DNA from: Bacteroidaceae bacterium
GTDB taxonomy: Bacteria > Bacteroidota > Bacteroidia > Bacteroidales > Bacteroidaceae
Direction of reading: 5' to 3'
NCBI GenBank assembly: GCA_900770665.1
Contig: CAAGKZ010000045.1
Location: forward strand, 1,104-65,103
DNA length: 64,000 bases
Numbering within the stretch: position 1 is the stretch's first letter; each line of letters opens with the position of its first letter. Under the pieces are notes generated by a model. The model was not told the DNA's origin, made no database searches, and saw nothing but the letters and a program-made list of their open reading frames with translations. The position numbers were made by a program, and so were the translations under genes. This document shows, piece by piece, positions 1 through 8,405 of this stretch.

Positions 1-1301
1 TCGAAGTCCATGGCGTTGTATATGCCGTACATCAGTTTCTTTATCTCCTCGTTGCACAGGTTGCCAATGCTGCCTTCGTGGGTGTGGCGCACCTCCTTGT
101 TTGGGGCGAATGTGCCGGCTTCGATGTCAAGCCCCACCTTTTTATATGCATCGCGGAACGGCATTCCCTCGGTGGCAAGGCGGTTCACCTCCTCTACGCT
201 GAACATGGCGTCGTAGCGGCTGTCGTTGAGGATTTCCTTATTTACTTCAATGCGCTCAATTATGTATGTTGCCATTGCAAGGCACTCCTTGATGTCGGCA
301 AATGCCGGCAGGAACAGCTCTTTGATGATTTGCAGGTCGCGGAAGTAGCCGCTTGGCAGGTTGTTCATTATCATTGCAATGTCCATTGGCAATGCCTGCA
401 GGCGGTTGCACTTTGCGCGCATTATTTCAAAGACGTCGGGGTTCTTCTTGTGCGGCATTATGCTGCTGCCGGTTGTGCACTCGGCAGGTAGCTTCACAAA
501 CCCGAAGTTCTGCGAGTTGAACATGCAGGCATCGAATGCCATCTTTGACAGCGTGCCGGCAACGCTTGCCAGGGCAAAGGCTACGTTTCTCTCGCTCTTG
601 CCGCGACCCATTTGGGCGTAGACAACGTTGTAGTTCATTGAGTCGAAGCCTAGCAGTTCGGTCGTCATTGTGCGGTTGAGCGGGAACGATGAGCCGTAGC
701 CGGCAGCCGAGCCCAATGGGTTGCGGTTGCACATGCGGTATGCAGCCTGCAGAAAGAGCATGTCGTCGGCAAGGCTCTCGGCATATGCGCCGAACCACAG
801 ACCGAATGACGATGGCATAGCCACTTGCAGGTGGGTGTATCCCGGCATGAGCACATCCTTGTGTTTCTCGCTCTGCTGCTGCAATGCATCAAAAAGAGCA
901 ATAACGGCCTCGCAAACCTCCTGCAACTCGTGACGGGTAAAGAGCTTCAGGTCCACAAGCACCTGGTCATTGCGCGAGCGGCCGCTGTGGATTTTCTTGC
1001 CTATGTCGCCAAACTTGCGTGTGAGTATCAGTTCTACCTGCGAGTGGACATCCTCGACACCGTCTTCAATGATGAACGTGCCTGTCATAGCGGCAGAGTA
1101 TATACCCCACAATCCTTGTCGCAGAAGTTCCCGTTCTTCTTTTGTCAGCAATCCGATGCTCTCGAGCATCTTGCAATGTGCAAGTGAGCCCAACACGTCG
1201 TAGCGTGCCAGCATCAGGTCGAGTTCTCTGTCGCGTCCCACTGTAAAACGCTCTATTTCGGGGTTCACGTCAATGTTCTTTTCCCAAAGTTTCTTTGCCA
1301 T
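1..1301 (-). CDS. argH: argininosuccinate lyase, C-terminus cut by window edge (about 433 codons present)
   Basis: Absent from the ORF track because it runs off the left edge. My hand translation of the minus strand from ATG (1301-1299) stays open to position 1: MAKKLWEKNIDVNPEIERFTVGRDRELDL... Fumarate-lyase motifs GRSRNDQV and GSSIMPHKKNPD are present. All + strand ORFs here are short and overlapping. Confidence 0.9.
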   Translation of the reverse strand, partial: MAKKLWEKNIDVNPEIERFTVGRDRELDLMLARYDVLGSLAHCKMLESIGLLTKEERELLRQGLWGIYSAAMTGTFIIEDGVEDVHSQVELILTRKFGDIGKKIHSGRSRNDQVLVDLKLFTRHELQEVCEAVIALFDALQQQSEKHKDVLMPGYTHLQVAMPSSFGLWFGAYAESLADDMLFLQAAYRMCNRNPLGSAAGYGSSFPLNRTMTTELLGFDSMNYNVVYAQMGRGKSERNVAFALASVAGTLSKMAFDACMFNSQNFGFVKLPAECTTGSSIMPHKKNPDVFEIMRAKCNRLQALPMDIAMIMNNLPSGYFRDLQIIKELFLPAFADIKECLAMATYIIERIEVNKEILNDSRYDAMFSVEEVNRLATEGMPFRDAYKKVGLDIEAGTFAPNKEVRHTHEGSIGNLCNEEIKKLMYGIYNAMDF

Positions 1302-1320
1302 AGTCTGTTGTATTAAACGG

Positions 1321-1348
1321 ATTCCCGATGTGCGCGCACATCGGGAAT
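1321..1348 (-). terminator. perfect 28-nt palindromic stem-loop (terminator/attenuator or operator) between the SRPBCC gene and argH
   Basis: ATTCCCGATGTGCG/CGCACATCGGGAAT forms perfect 14+14 arms. It lies 35 nt after the SRPBCC stop and 20 nt before the argH ATG. Only a weak U tract follows on the minus strand (CCGUUUAAU). Confidence 0.4.
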
Positions 1349-1382
1349 GCCCAATTTGTCTATAAAGCCCGTATTACCGCTA

Positions 1383-1793
1383 TCAGTATGCGATGAGCGA
1401 CAATGCCTCGGCAATCTTTTCAACTCCCTCTTTCAGGGGCTTGTCAATCATTGAGCGCAGCATGAAGTTGACCTCAGCCTTTATCACTACGCGCATCTTG
1501 GCAGCCTCCTCGCCGTCGGGTATAATCTGTATCCACATGTTAACGGGGATGGGTGAGCCTACAGCCTCGAGCTTGATGCATTTGGGCTCTTCGCGTTCTA
1601 CCACCCTGATGGTTACGTTGCCCATTGGTGGAACGTTCACGGTGGCCTCGTCGCGGCTGTATCTCAAATCCGTTATTTTGTCCTGTGGCAACTTGTCTTT
1701 CAAACCCTCAAGGTTATTCAGGTCCTCGAGCTTTGCATATACCCTTGCCTGTGGATAGGGGATAAGTTTTACACTACTTTCGTATTGGCTCAT
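1383..1793 (-). CDS. SRPBCC (START/polyketide-cyclase-like) family protein
   Basis: 136-aa ORF with no signal peptide, packed 6 nt downstream of pyrE. Size and the pyrE-SRPBCC-argH position match the arrangement I recall from Bacteroides genomes. Family assignment is from memory only. Confidence 0.6.
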   Translation of the reverse strand: MSQYESSVKLIPYPQARVYAKLEDLNNLEGLKDKLPQDKITDLRYSRDEATVNVPPMGNVTIRVVEREEPKCIKLEAVGSPIPVNMWIQIIPDGEEAAKMRVVIKAEVNFMLRSMIDKPLKEGVEKIAEALSLIAY

Positions 1794-1799
1794 AGTGTG

Positions 1800-2444
1800 T
1801 TACTTCAAGTCGTTTCTCCACTCCGATGGGTTTGCACGCCACTCCTGGAGAGTTGGCATAACCTCCTCGGTGATGTAGCCGGTCTCCTTGGCTGCCTCAA
1901 GCACAGCCTCGTAGTCGGTGAGTGTGATGAGCTTTACGCCTGCATTCTCAAAAGCCTCGGTAGCAACGCTGAAACCGTATGTGAAAGAAGCTACCATGCC
2001 GATAACCTCGACACCTGCGGCACGCAAAGCGTCAACTGCGCGCAAGCTGCTCAAACCTGTTGAAACAAGGTCCTCAACAACAACAACCTTTGCACCGGGG
2101 AAAACGTCGCCCTCAATCTGGTTGCCCATACCGTGGTCTTTAGCCTTTGGACGTACATAAACGAATGGCTTTGCGAGCTCCTCGGCTACAAGTGCACCCT
2201 GTGCAATGGCACCTGTTGCAACGCCTGCAACGATGTCGGCCTCGGGGAACTCCTGGAGAATGAGGTTTGCAAGTCCCAACTTAACGCGAGTGCGCAATGC
2301 AGGGAATGACAATGTCTTGCGGTTGTCGCAGTAGAATGGTGATTTCCAACCCGATGCCCAAGTGAATGGCTGCTCGGGCTGCAACTTTACAGCCTTAATC
2401 TTCAACAGTTCGGCTGCCAATGAAAGCTTTGATTTGTTTGACAT
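1800..2444 (-). CDS. pyrE: orotate phosphoribosyltransferase
   Basis: 214 aa with PRPP-binding motif VVVVEDLVSTGLSS. The N-terminal region (FTWASGWKSPFYCDNR) is typical of PyrE. Confidence 0.93.
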   Translation of the reverse strand: MSNKSKLSLAAELLKIKAVKLQPEQPFTWASGWKSPFYCDNRKTLSFPALRTRVKLGLANLILQEFPEADIVAGVATGAIAQGALVAEELAKPFVYVRPKAKDHGMGNQIEGDVFPGAKVVVVEDLVSTGLSSLRAVDALRAAGVEVIGMVASFTYGFSVATEAFENAGVKLITLTDYEAVLEAAKETGYITEEVMPTLQEWRANPSEWRNDLK

Positions 2445-2491
2445 ATTCTTTATATTTTTAAAGTTGTTATCTTTTAGGATGCGCTAATATA

Positions 2492-2801
2492 CGAATAAAC
2501 GAGCGAGAAATAACAAGTTTACTTGATTATTTTTCAAAGCGACGACACGAAAGTAGTGTCGTTTGCGACGACGGGAGGTTTATCTCCCCAAAGGAGTGCG
2601 GTTTACCGCCCCAAAGAAGTATATCTGCCGCAGGCGAATTCCGAATAAACGAGCGAGAAATAACAAGTTTACTTGATTATTTTTCACAGTGACGACGCGA
2701 AAGTAGCGTCGTTTGCGACGACGGGAGGTTTATCTCCCCAAAGGAGTGCGGTTTACCGCCCCAAAGTTTGTATATCTGCCGCAGGCGAATTCCGAATAAA
2801 C
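2492..2801. repeat. tandem direct repeat, 150/151-nt unit x 2.06, hairpin-rich
   Basis: 2492-2641 and 2642-2792 align with 7 differences by hand. A third copy starts at 2793 (CGAATAAAC) and then diverges. Each unit has three stem-loops (details in findings). Confidence 0.95.
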
Positions 2802-2824
2802 TCCTTTACGGCATTTATTTATTC

Positions 2825-3163
2825 CTATTTTGTTTGTGTGTAACCCTCTTTTTTGAGCAGTTCAATGATTTTCTCCTTGAAATCGCCCTGCACGAGTATC
2901 TCACCGTCCTTGGTGCTGCCGCCCACGCCGCACTTTGTCTTGAGCAGACGGCCCAGCTCTTTCATGTCCTCCTCGGTGCCTATGAAGTTCTTGACTATTG
3001 TAACAGTCTTTCCGCCACGGTGGTTCTTTTCAATGCTTACCCTGAGCTTCTGCTGTTGCTTTGGCAATGTCTCATTTTCCTCCTTTTCATCGGTGGAATA
3101 TGCAAAGTCGGGGTTGGTGGAATATACGATGTTCAAGCGGTCTTTCCAGTCGTTCTTTTTCAT
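2825..3163 (-). CDS. yciH: translation initiation factor SUI1/YciH family
   Basis: 112 aa. The KLRVSIEKNHRGGKTVTIVKNF ... CGVGGSTKDGEILVQGD pattern is typical of the bacterial SUI1 homolog. Confidence 0.85.
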   Translation of the reverse strand: MKKNDWKDRLNIVYSTNPDFAYSTDEKEENETLPKQQQKLRVSIEKNHRGGKTVTIVKNFIGTEEDMKELGRLLKTKCGVGGSTKDGEILVQGDFKEKIIELLKKEGYTQTK

Positions 3164-3212
3164 TATCTGCGATGGATTTTACAAAATTATCGTTTGCTAA
3201 GGTACAATATTT

Positions 3213-3230
3213 TTGTGACAAATTTCAAAG
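3213..3230 (+). promoter_or_regulatory. Rex-operator-like inverted repeat
   Basis: TTGTGACAAATTTCAAAG matches the consensus TTGTGAA-N4-TTCACAA at 11 of 14 specified positions with correct spacing. It sits 16 nt upstream of the -7 box of the rex promoter. Confidence 0.45.
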
Positions 3231-3246
3231 CTTCGCAAAATAACAT

Positions 3247-3254
3247 TACTTTTG
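3247..3254 (+). promoter_or_regulatory. Bacteroidetes-type -7 promoter box (TAnnTTTG) for rex
   Basis: TACTTTTG lies 34 nt upstream of the rex ATG. No well-spaced -33 TTTG is present. Confidence 0.45.
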
Positions 3255-3287
3255 TTACGTTATATGATATAAACACGCGCGAAAAGA

Positions 3288-3944
3288 ATGGCTCAACTTA
3301 CGAAAATAGAAAAAGTCCCCGAACCCACGCTGAGGCGATTGCCATGGTACTTGTCGGTATGCCGCCTGCTTAAACAGCGCGGCGAGCAGTATGTCTCCTC
3401 GACACGCTTGTCAAAGGAGACAAGCATTGTGGCTTCGCAGATTGCGAAGGACCTCTCATGTGTGAACATCGTTGGGCGCACCCGTGTGGGCTACGAGATT
3501 GACAATCTTCTTGAGGTGCTCGAGGATTTTCTTGGCTTTACCCGCATGCACAAGGCTTTTCTTTTCGGTGCCGGCAAGTTGGGCAGTGCTTTGCTGAACG
3601 ATACGGGACTCAGGCAGTTCGGCCTTGAGGTGGTAGCGGCGTTCGATTCCAATCCAAAGGTCGTGGGTCATAGCGTGGCGGGTATTCCGGTATATCACAT
3701 AAACGAACTTGAGGCAAAGATGAAGAAGCATAATGTGCAGATTGGCGTGCTCACCGTCCCCATTGACTGTGCCCAGGAGGTTGCCGACAAGATGATTGTC
3801 TGGGGTATAAGGGCAATATGGAACTTCACCCCGTTGCGCATACGTGTCCCCGAGAATATTGTGGTGCAGAACACCTCGCTCTATGCCCATCTGTCGCTGA
3901 TGTTCAACCGCCTTGAGGGGCTTAGTGTAACAGACGAAATTTGA
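3288..3944 (+). CDS. rex: redox-sensing transcriptional repressor Rex
   Basis: 218 aa. The N-terminal PEPTLRRLPWYL winged-helix region is followed by a Rossmann motif FLFGAGKLGSAL. Confidence 0.9.
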   Translation: MAQLTKIEKVPEPTLRRLPWYLSVCRLLKQRGEQYVSSTRLSKETSIVASQIAKDLSCVNIVGRTRVGYEIDNLLEVLEDFLGFTRMHKAFLFGAGKLGSALLNDTGLRQFGLEVVAAFDSNPKVVGHSVAGIPVYHINELEAKMKKHNVQIGVLTVPIDCAQEVADKMIVWGIRAIWNFTPLRIRVPENIVVQNTSLYAHLSLMFNRLEGLSVTDEI

Positions 3945-3950
3945 TTGAAG

Positions 3951-4565
3951 ATGAAGATAATAGCTGTTGGAAAAAATTACAGAGAGCACGCGATTGAGTT
4001 CGATGGCAGCAACGAGAAACCTGCCGTGCCATTGATTTTCATGAAGCCCGACTCTGCCATCATAAAGAACGGAAAACATTTTTATGTACCCGATTTTCTT
4101 GGTCAAATTGATTACGAGGCCGAGATTGTGGTGCGCATAAACAAGTTGGGAAAGAGCATCCCTGCACGTTTCGCCCACCGTTATTACGACGCCATAACCG
4201 TTGGCATAGATTTTACCGCACGTGATTGGCAGCGCCGTCTCATTGCGGCCGGCGAGCCATGGGATATGAGCAAGGGTTTCGACGGTTCGGCAGTGCTTGG
4301 CGATTTCCGTCCCATAGAGCGCTACGACATCAACAATGTCGATTTTTCGTTGACTATAAATGACGAGGTCGTGCAAAAGGGCAACACCTCGCAGATGTTC
4401 TTTGCCGTGGACGAAATCATTGCCTATGTGAGCCGCTTCTGCACACTCAAGACCGGTGACCTGATATTCACCGGAACCCCTGCCGGCGCAGGCCCTGCGG
4501 CGATAGGAACACACCTGAAAGGGTATATCGGTGATGACAAGGTTCTCGATTTCCACGTAAGATAA
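3951..4565 (+). CDS. fumarylacetoacetate hydrolase (FAH) family protein
   Basis: IIAVGKNYREH ... DYEAEIVV ... GDLIFTGTPAG are typical of FAH/2-keto-4-pentenoate hydratase-like enzymes. The track starts at TTG 3945; ATG 3951 is more likely. Confidence 0.85.
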   Translation: MKIIAVGKNYREHAIEFDGSNEKPAVPLIFMKPDSAIIKNGKHFYVPDFLGQIDYEAEIVVRINKLGKSIPARFAHRYYDAITVGIDFTARDWQRRLIAAGEPWDMSKGFDGSAVLGDFRPIERYDINNVDFSLTINDEVVQKGNTSQMFFAVDEIIAYVSRFCTLKTGDLIFTGTPAGAGPAAIGTHLKGYIGDDKVLDFHVR

Positions 4566-4571
4566 AAACAA

Positions 4572-7500
4572 ATGAAGATAAGGCAACTGATATTCTCGCT
4601 ATTGCTGCTGTTTGCAACTGCTGCCAATGCGCAGTTCCACTCTGTCGATTGGGGCGCCGTGCGTGGTGACTCCTTGTTGCCTGTGTGCACGCATGTTCTG
4701 GATTTGCCGGCCGATTACACTGCTTACAACTACTCGGCTCGCATTGAATATCCCGAATTTCAAAAAATGAGCGATGCCGAGGTTGCCCGTTATCCCGTTG
4801 AAGATAACTTTGCCGCGTTGCCCGAGATGCCTGCCATAGAGTGCCATGTGGGTGTTCAGGCAAAGCAGGCGCAGCTTGATGTCGTATTCTTGCCTGTGGT
4901 AATGCGTGACGGCAAGTATTATCGCATAAACTCCTACAAACTGGTTGTCGACAAGCTGCAGGCGCAGCGTCCGCAGCGCGCAGCAGCATCGCCTGCTGCC
5001 CGTTATGCGGCATCATCGCTTCTCTCTGCAGGCAGATGGGTGCGTATTGCGGTAGAGGAGAACGGTGTACACAAGATAACCGACGGCGAACTCAAGAAGA
5101 TGGGTTTTACAGACCCTTCAAAAGTGCGCCTGTATGGCTATGGCGGTCACATATTGCCCGAAACGGATTTGACATCCCTGCCCGATGACCTTGTTGAGGT
5201 GCCGCTGTGGCGCGAAAATGGTTATGTACTCTTCTATGCAAACGGAACAATAAAGTGGGAGTACAATAACGGCCGTTATATACACTCGCAGAATGTGTAT
5301 TCAACCTATGGTTGCTATTTCCTTACCGAGAGCGAGGAGGAACCGATGGAATTCCCTAAAGTGACACTGCAACCGACAACCGAAACTGTCTACACTTCGT
5401 ACAACGATTATGCTCTTTATGAAAAGGAGAAGAAGAGCCTTTGTTCCTATGGCCGTGTGTTGGTAGACAACGACGCATTCTCGAGCACTGCAGGCCGTGC
5501 AAAGACATATAGATTAGCCATTGATGGTGCCATGGATAGCCCGGCAGTCGTTGACCTCTCATTTGCAACAGGCGGTGAAATAGCAAGCAGGGTAACAGTG
5601 CTCTATGCCGATGCAGTAAACTCTTTTGAGGTTGGTAGTCTCACTGTTGGCCGTACCGTGTCGGGCGAGGTCGGCAAGATTGCCGAGGGTAAGTTTACAA
5701 TCCCGGGCGGTGTCGCAGCCAGTTCTAACTTTGTCCTGGTGCACAGAACCGATGATAACTCGCTTGTGGGTTATCTTGATTATCTGCGCCTCAACTACCA
5801 TCGCTCGTTGGCTCTGCGTGGTGCAAACACACTTTTCCGTGGAGATATGAAGGATGGAGCCAATGCAAAGTTCGAGATTGCGGGCTGCAATGCCGATACA
5901 AGGGTGTGGGATGTATCATCGCTGTCTGCTATAAAGGAGATTACCGGTGAACTCAAAGGAACAACCTATTCGGTGGTTGCCCCGGCCGGTGTCAATGCAA
6001 ATCTTGTCGCGGTTAACATAAAAGGCGCCTTTCCATCGGTAAAAGTTATGGGTGATGTGCCCAATCAGAACTTGCACGCTATTGGGCAGACCGACATGGT
6101 AATTATAATCCCGTCGAACGGCATATACCGGTCGGCGGCAGAGCGTCTCGCCGATGCGCATCGCACAATGGATGGTATCACCGTAGAGGTTGTTGCAGCG
6201 CAGCAGGTGTACAATGAGTTTTCATCGGGAACGCCCGATGTCACAGCTTACCGCCGCCTGATGAAGATGCTCTATGATCGTGCTGCTACAGTCGAGGAAA
6301 CTCCAAAATACCTTCTTATGTTCGGCGACGGATGGTATGACAACCGTCTGCTCACATTCCCCGGACGAAAGCAAGAGGATTACCTTCTCTGCTACGAGTC
6401 GCTCAACTCTGTCGATGCCATACAGTCATACGTCCTTGAGGATTATATGGGGTATCTTGATGACGCCGAGGGGGGCAGTCACGTGCGCGACAAGGTTGAC
6501 TTGGGAGTGGGCCGCATCCCTGTGCAGTCGGTTGCCGATGCAAATGCTGTTGTTGACAAACTTATAGCATACATGCAGAACAAGAGTGCCGGCGATTGGC
6601 AGAACAGGATTCTTCTTTTGGGTGACGATGGCGACGAGAGTATGCCCAATCAGCATATGAAGGATGCCGATGCCATTGCGGCAGTCTTTGAACAGCAATA
6701 TCCGTCATATATTGTAAACCGCATATACTGGGACGATTATCCCATCGAAGTCTCTGCTACAGGAAAGCGTTATCCTGCGGTGACAAAGGATATTTACAAT
6801 TCTCTTGACAAAGGCGCTCTTGTGGTTAACTATTCGGGACACGGCAGCAGCAACCTGCTGTCGCACGAGATGGTGTGGAAAGCATCGGATATGGCAGCTG
6901 TCAAGTCGCCGCGTGTACCATTCTGGGTGACGGCATCGTGCGACATAGGCCCGTTTGATATGGGCGACAAGTCGGTCGCGGAGTCGGCAATAATGAATGC
7001 CGATGGTGCCGCTATCGGTCTTTTTACAACTACACGTACTGTGATGCAGAGCTATAACTCTGTAATCAACAGGGAGTTCTCGAAGTTGCTGATGCAACCG
7101 GTGAATACAGGAGAGGCTATGGCTGTTGGCGATGCCATGCGCATGGCAAAGTGTAATGTGATTGCAGCCGGGACAGACAGGACTGTGAACAAACTGCAGT
7201 ATATTCTTTTGGGCGACCCGGCGTTGAGGCTCAAGTATCCCGGCTATCGTGTAGTGGTAGACAAAATGAACGGCGTTGATGTGGCTGAGGCTGTGGCTAA
7301 AGTGAGCGCAGGCTCGCTTTTGAATGTCGAGGGACATGTGGAGACGGCTGATGGCAAGTTGGCCGAGGATTTTACAGGTGTACTCTATTCATCCCTCTTT
7401 GACAGTGCTGTAGAGGTTGATACACGCAACAATACCGGCCTGGGAAGTCATTCTTATACGGCCTACAACAAGATGCTTTTCTCGGGTAACGACTCTCTCC

Positions 7501-8336
7501 GTAACGGACGTTTCTCGATAGAGATGCCAATTCCGTTGGATATAAGCTACAGCAATGACTATGGAATGCTGAATCTGTATGCTGTGGATTCGGCCTACGT
7601 CTCGTCGGCGCAGGGGCATTTCGTGGATTTTACAATAGGCGGAACTGCTGTCGGCTTTGAGAATGACAGCGTTGGCCCCGAGATAAAAATGTATCTGAAC
7701 TCGCCTTCATTTGTCAATGGCGACGATGTGCATGCAACACCAATCCTTCTTGTGGAACTTTACGATGAAAACGGCATAAATACAATGGGCACAGGTGTGG
7801 GACACGATATTACTGCCATTGTAGATAACGACCCGCGTCATACATATAATTTGAACAGCGCCTTTGTACCGGCAGTGGGTGATTACAAGCGAGGAACAAT
7901 AAATATGCCTCTCAGCAGGTTGGATGCCGGTGAACATACATTGACTTTGCGTGCATGGGATTTGTATAACAACTCGTCGTTTGTTGAGATTACTTTCAAT
8001 GTCGACCCTTCACTTGCTCCCGGTTTTGTGGAACTGAAGGTGAACCCGGCGCCGGTCATTGCAGGTAATGCCGCAACATTTACATTGGTTCACGACCGTC
8101 CGCAGAGCGAAATAGATGTGCGCATAGATGTGTTCAATGTTCAGGGACAGCTCATGTGGAGCAACAGCGAGCGGGCTGTGTGCAACGGCAATGTCTACAG
8201 TTGTGCCTGGAATGCAACGGCGCAGGGTGGTCAACCATTGTCCACCGGAGTGTACATTGTAAGGGCGTATATAACCGAAGGTGGTGTAACTTCGGCGACA
8301 AAGACCGGGAAATTCGTTGTCGTAAACAATAAATAA
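4572..8336 (+). CDS. porU: type IX secretion system sortase PorU (C25 peptidase family)
   Basis: 1254 aa with signal peptide ...ATAANA/Q. It has gingipain-like catalytic contexts NYSGHG and TASCD and a CTD-like C-terminus (GVYIVRAY...GKFVVV). porV follows immediately downstream. Confidence 0.88.
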   Translation: MKIRQLIFSLLLLFATAANAQFHSVDWGAVRGDSLLPVCTHVLDLPADYTAYNYSARIEYPEFQKMSDAEVARYPVEDNFAALPEMPAIECHVGVQAKQAQLDVVFLPVVMRDGKYYRINSYKLVVDKLQAQRPQRAAASPAARYAASSLLSAGRWVRIAVEENGVHKITDGELKKMGFTDPSKVRLYGYGGHILPETDLTSLPDDLVEVPLWRENGYVLFYANGTIKWEYNNGRYIHSQNVYSTYGCYFLTESEEEPMEFPKVTLQPTTETVYTSYNDYALYEKEKKSLCSYGRVLVDNDAFSSTAGRAKTYRLAIDGAMDSPAVVDLSFATGGEIASRVTVLYADAVNSFEVGSLTVGRTVSGEVGKIAEGKFTIPGGVAASSNFVLVHRTDDNSLVGYLDYLRLNYHRSLALRGANTLFRGDMKDGANAKFEIAGCNADTRVWDVSSLSAIKEITGELKGTTYSVVAPAGVNANLVAVNIKGAFPSVKVMGDVPNQNLHAIGQTDMVIIIPSNGIYRSAAERLADAHRTMDGITVEVVAAQQVYNEFSSGTPDVTAYRRLMKMLYDRAATVEETPKYLLMFGDGWYDNRLLTFPGRKQEDYLLCYESLNSVDAIQSYVLEDYMGYLDDAEGGSHVRDKVDLGVGRIPVQSVADANAVVDKLIAYMQNKSAGDWQNRILLLGDDGDESMPNQHMKDADAIAAVFEQQYPSYIVNRIYWDDYPIEVSATGKRYPAVTKDIYNSLDKGALVVNYSGHGSSNLLSHEMVWKASDMAAVKSPRVPFWVTASCDIGPFDMGDKSVAESAIMNADGAAIGLFTTTRTVMQSYNSVINREFSKLLMQPVNTGEAMAVGDAMRMAKCNVIAAGTDRTVNKLQYILLGDPALRLKYPGYRVVVDKMNGVDVAEAVAKVSAGSLLNVEGHVETADGKLAEDFTGVLYSSLFDSAVEVDTRNNTGLGSHSYTAYNKMLFSGNDSLRNGRFSIEMPIPLDISYSNDYGMLNLYAVDSAYVSSAQGHFVDFTIGGTAVGFENDSVGPEIKMYLNSPSFVNGDDVHATPILLVELYDENGINTMGTGVGHDITAIVDNDPRHTYNLNSAFVPAVGDYKRGTINMPLSRLDAGEHTLTLRAWDLYNNSSFVEITFNVDPSLAPGFVELKVNPAPVIAGNAATFTLVHDRPQSEIDVRIDVFNVQGQLMWSNSERAVCNGNVYSCAWNATAQGGQPLSTGVYIVRAYITEGGVTSATKTGKFVVVNNK

Positions 8337-8366
8337 GTTAAAAAATAGTTATATAATGTGCTGATT

Positions 8367-8390
8367 GCTGCCGGTCTCTTATGCGGCAGC
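8367..8390 (+). other. intercistronic stem-loop between porU and porV
   Basis: GCTGCCG (8367-8373) pairs with CGGCAGC (8384-8390) around a 10-nt loop. No U tract follows. Confidence 0.4.
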
Positions 8391-8405
8391 CGAAAACAAA
8401 CTGAT

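Noticed and set aside
2492-2801. Possibility that the 150-nt repeats are a CRISPR array or a MITE
   Set aside because: The repeat units are contiguous with no spacers and are far longer than CRISPR repeats. I could find no terminal inverted repeats or target-site duplication. I treat it as a structured tandem repeat instead (see findings).
2768-3373. 201-aa + strand ORF spanning the repeat end, yciH and the rex start
   Set aside because: It crosses an intergenic repeat, runs antisense to yciH and overlaps rex out of frame. It shows no coding features.
3456-4586. 376-aa ORF on the minus strand, one of the longest hypothetical ORFs in the track
   Set aside because: It lies entirely antisense to the rex and FAH-family genes, which have clear family motifs. 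Its sequence is Arg/His/Leu/Val-rich with no motif, signal or plausible start context. This is typical of a shadow ORF opposite real genes.
4572-8336. Reading the C25-peptidase-like giant protein as a gingipain-type virulence protease
   Set aside because: The size, CTD-like end and immediate porV neighbour fit the T9SS sortase PorU, a housekeeping secretion component rather than a cargo protease.
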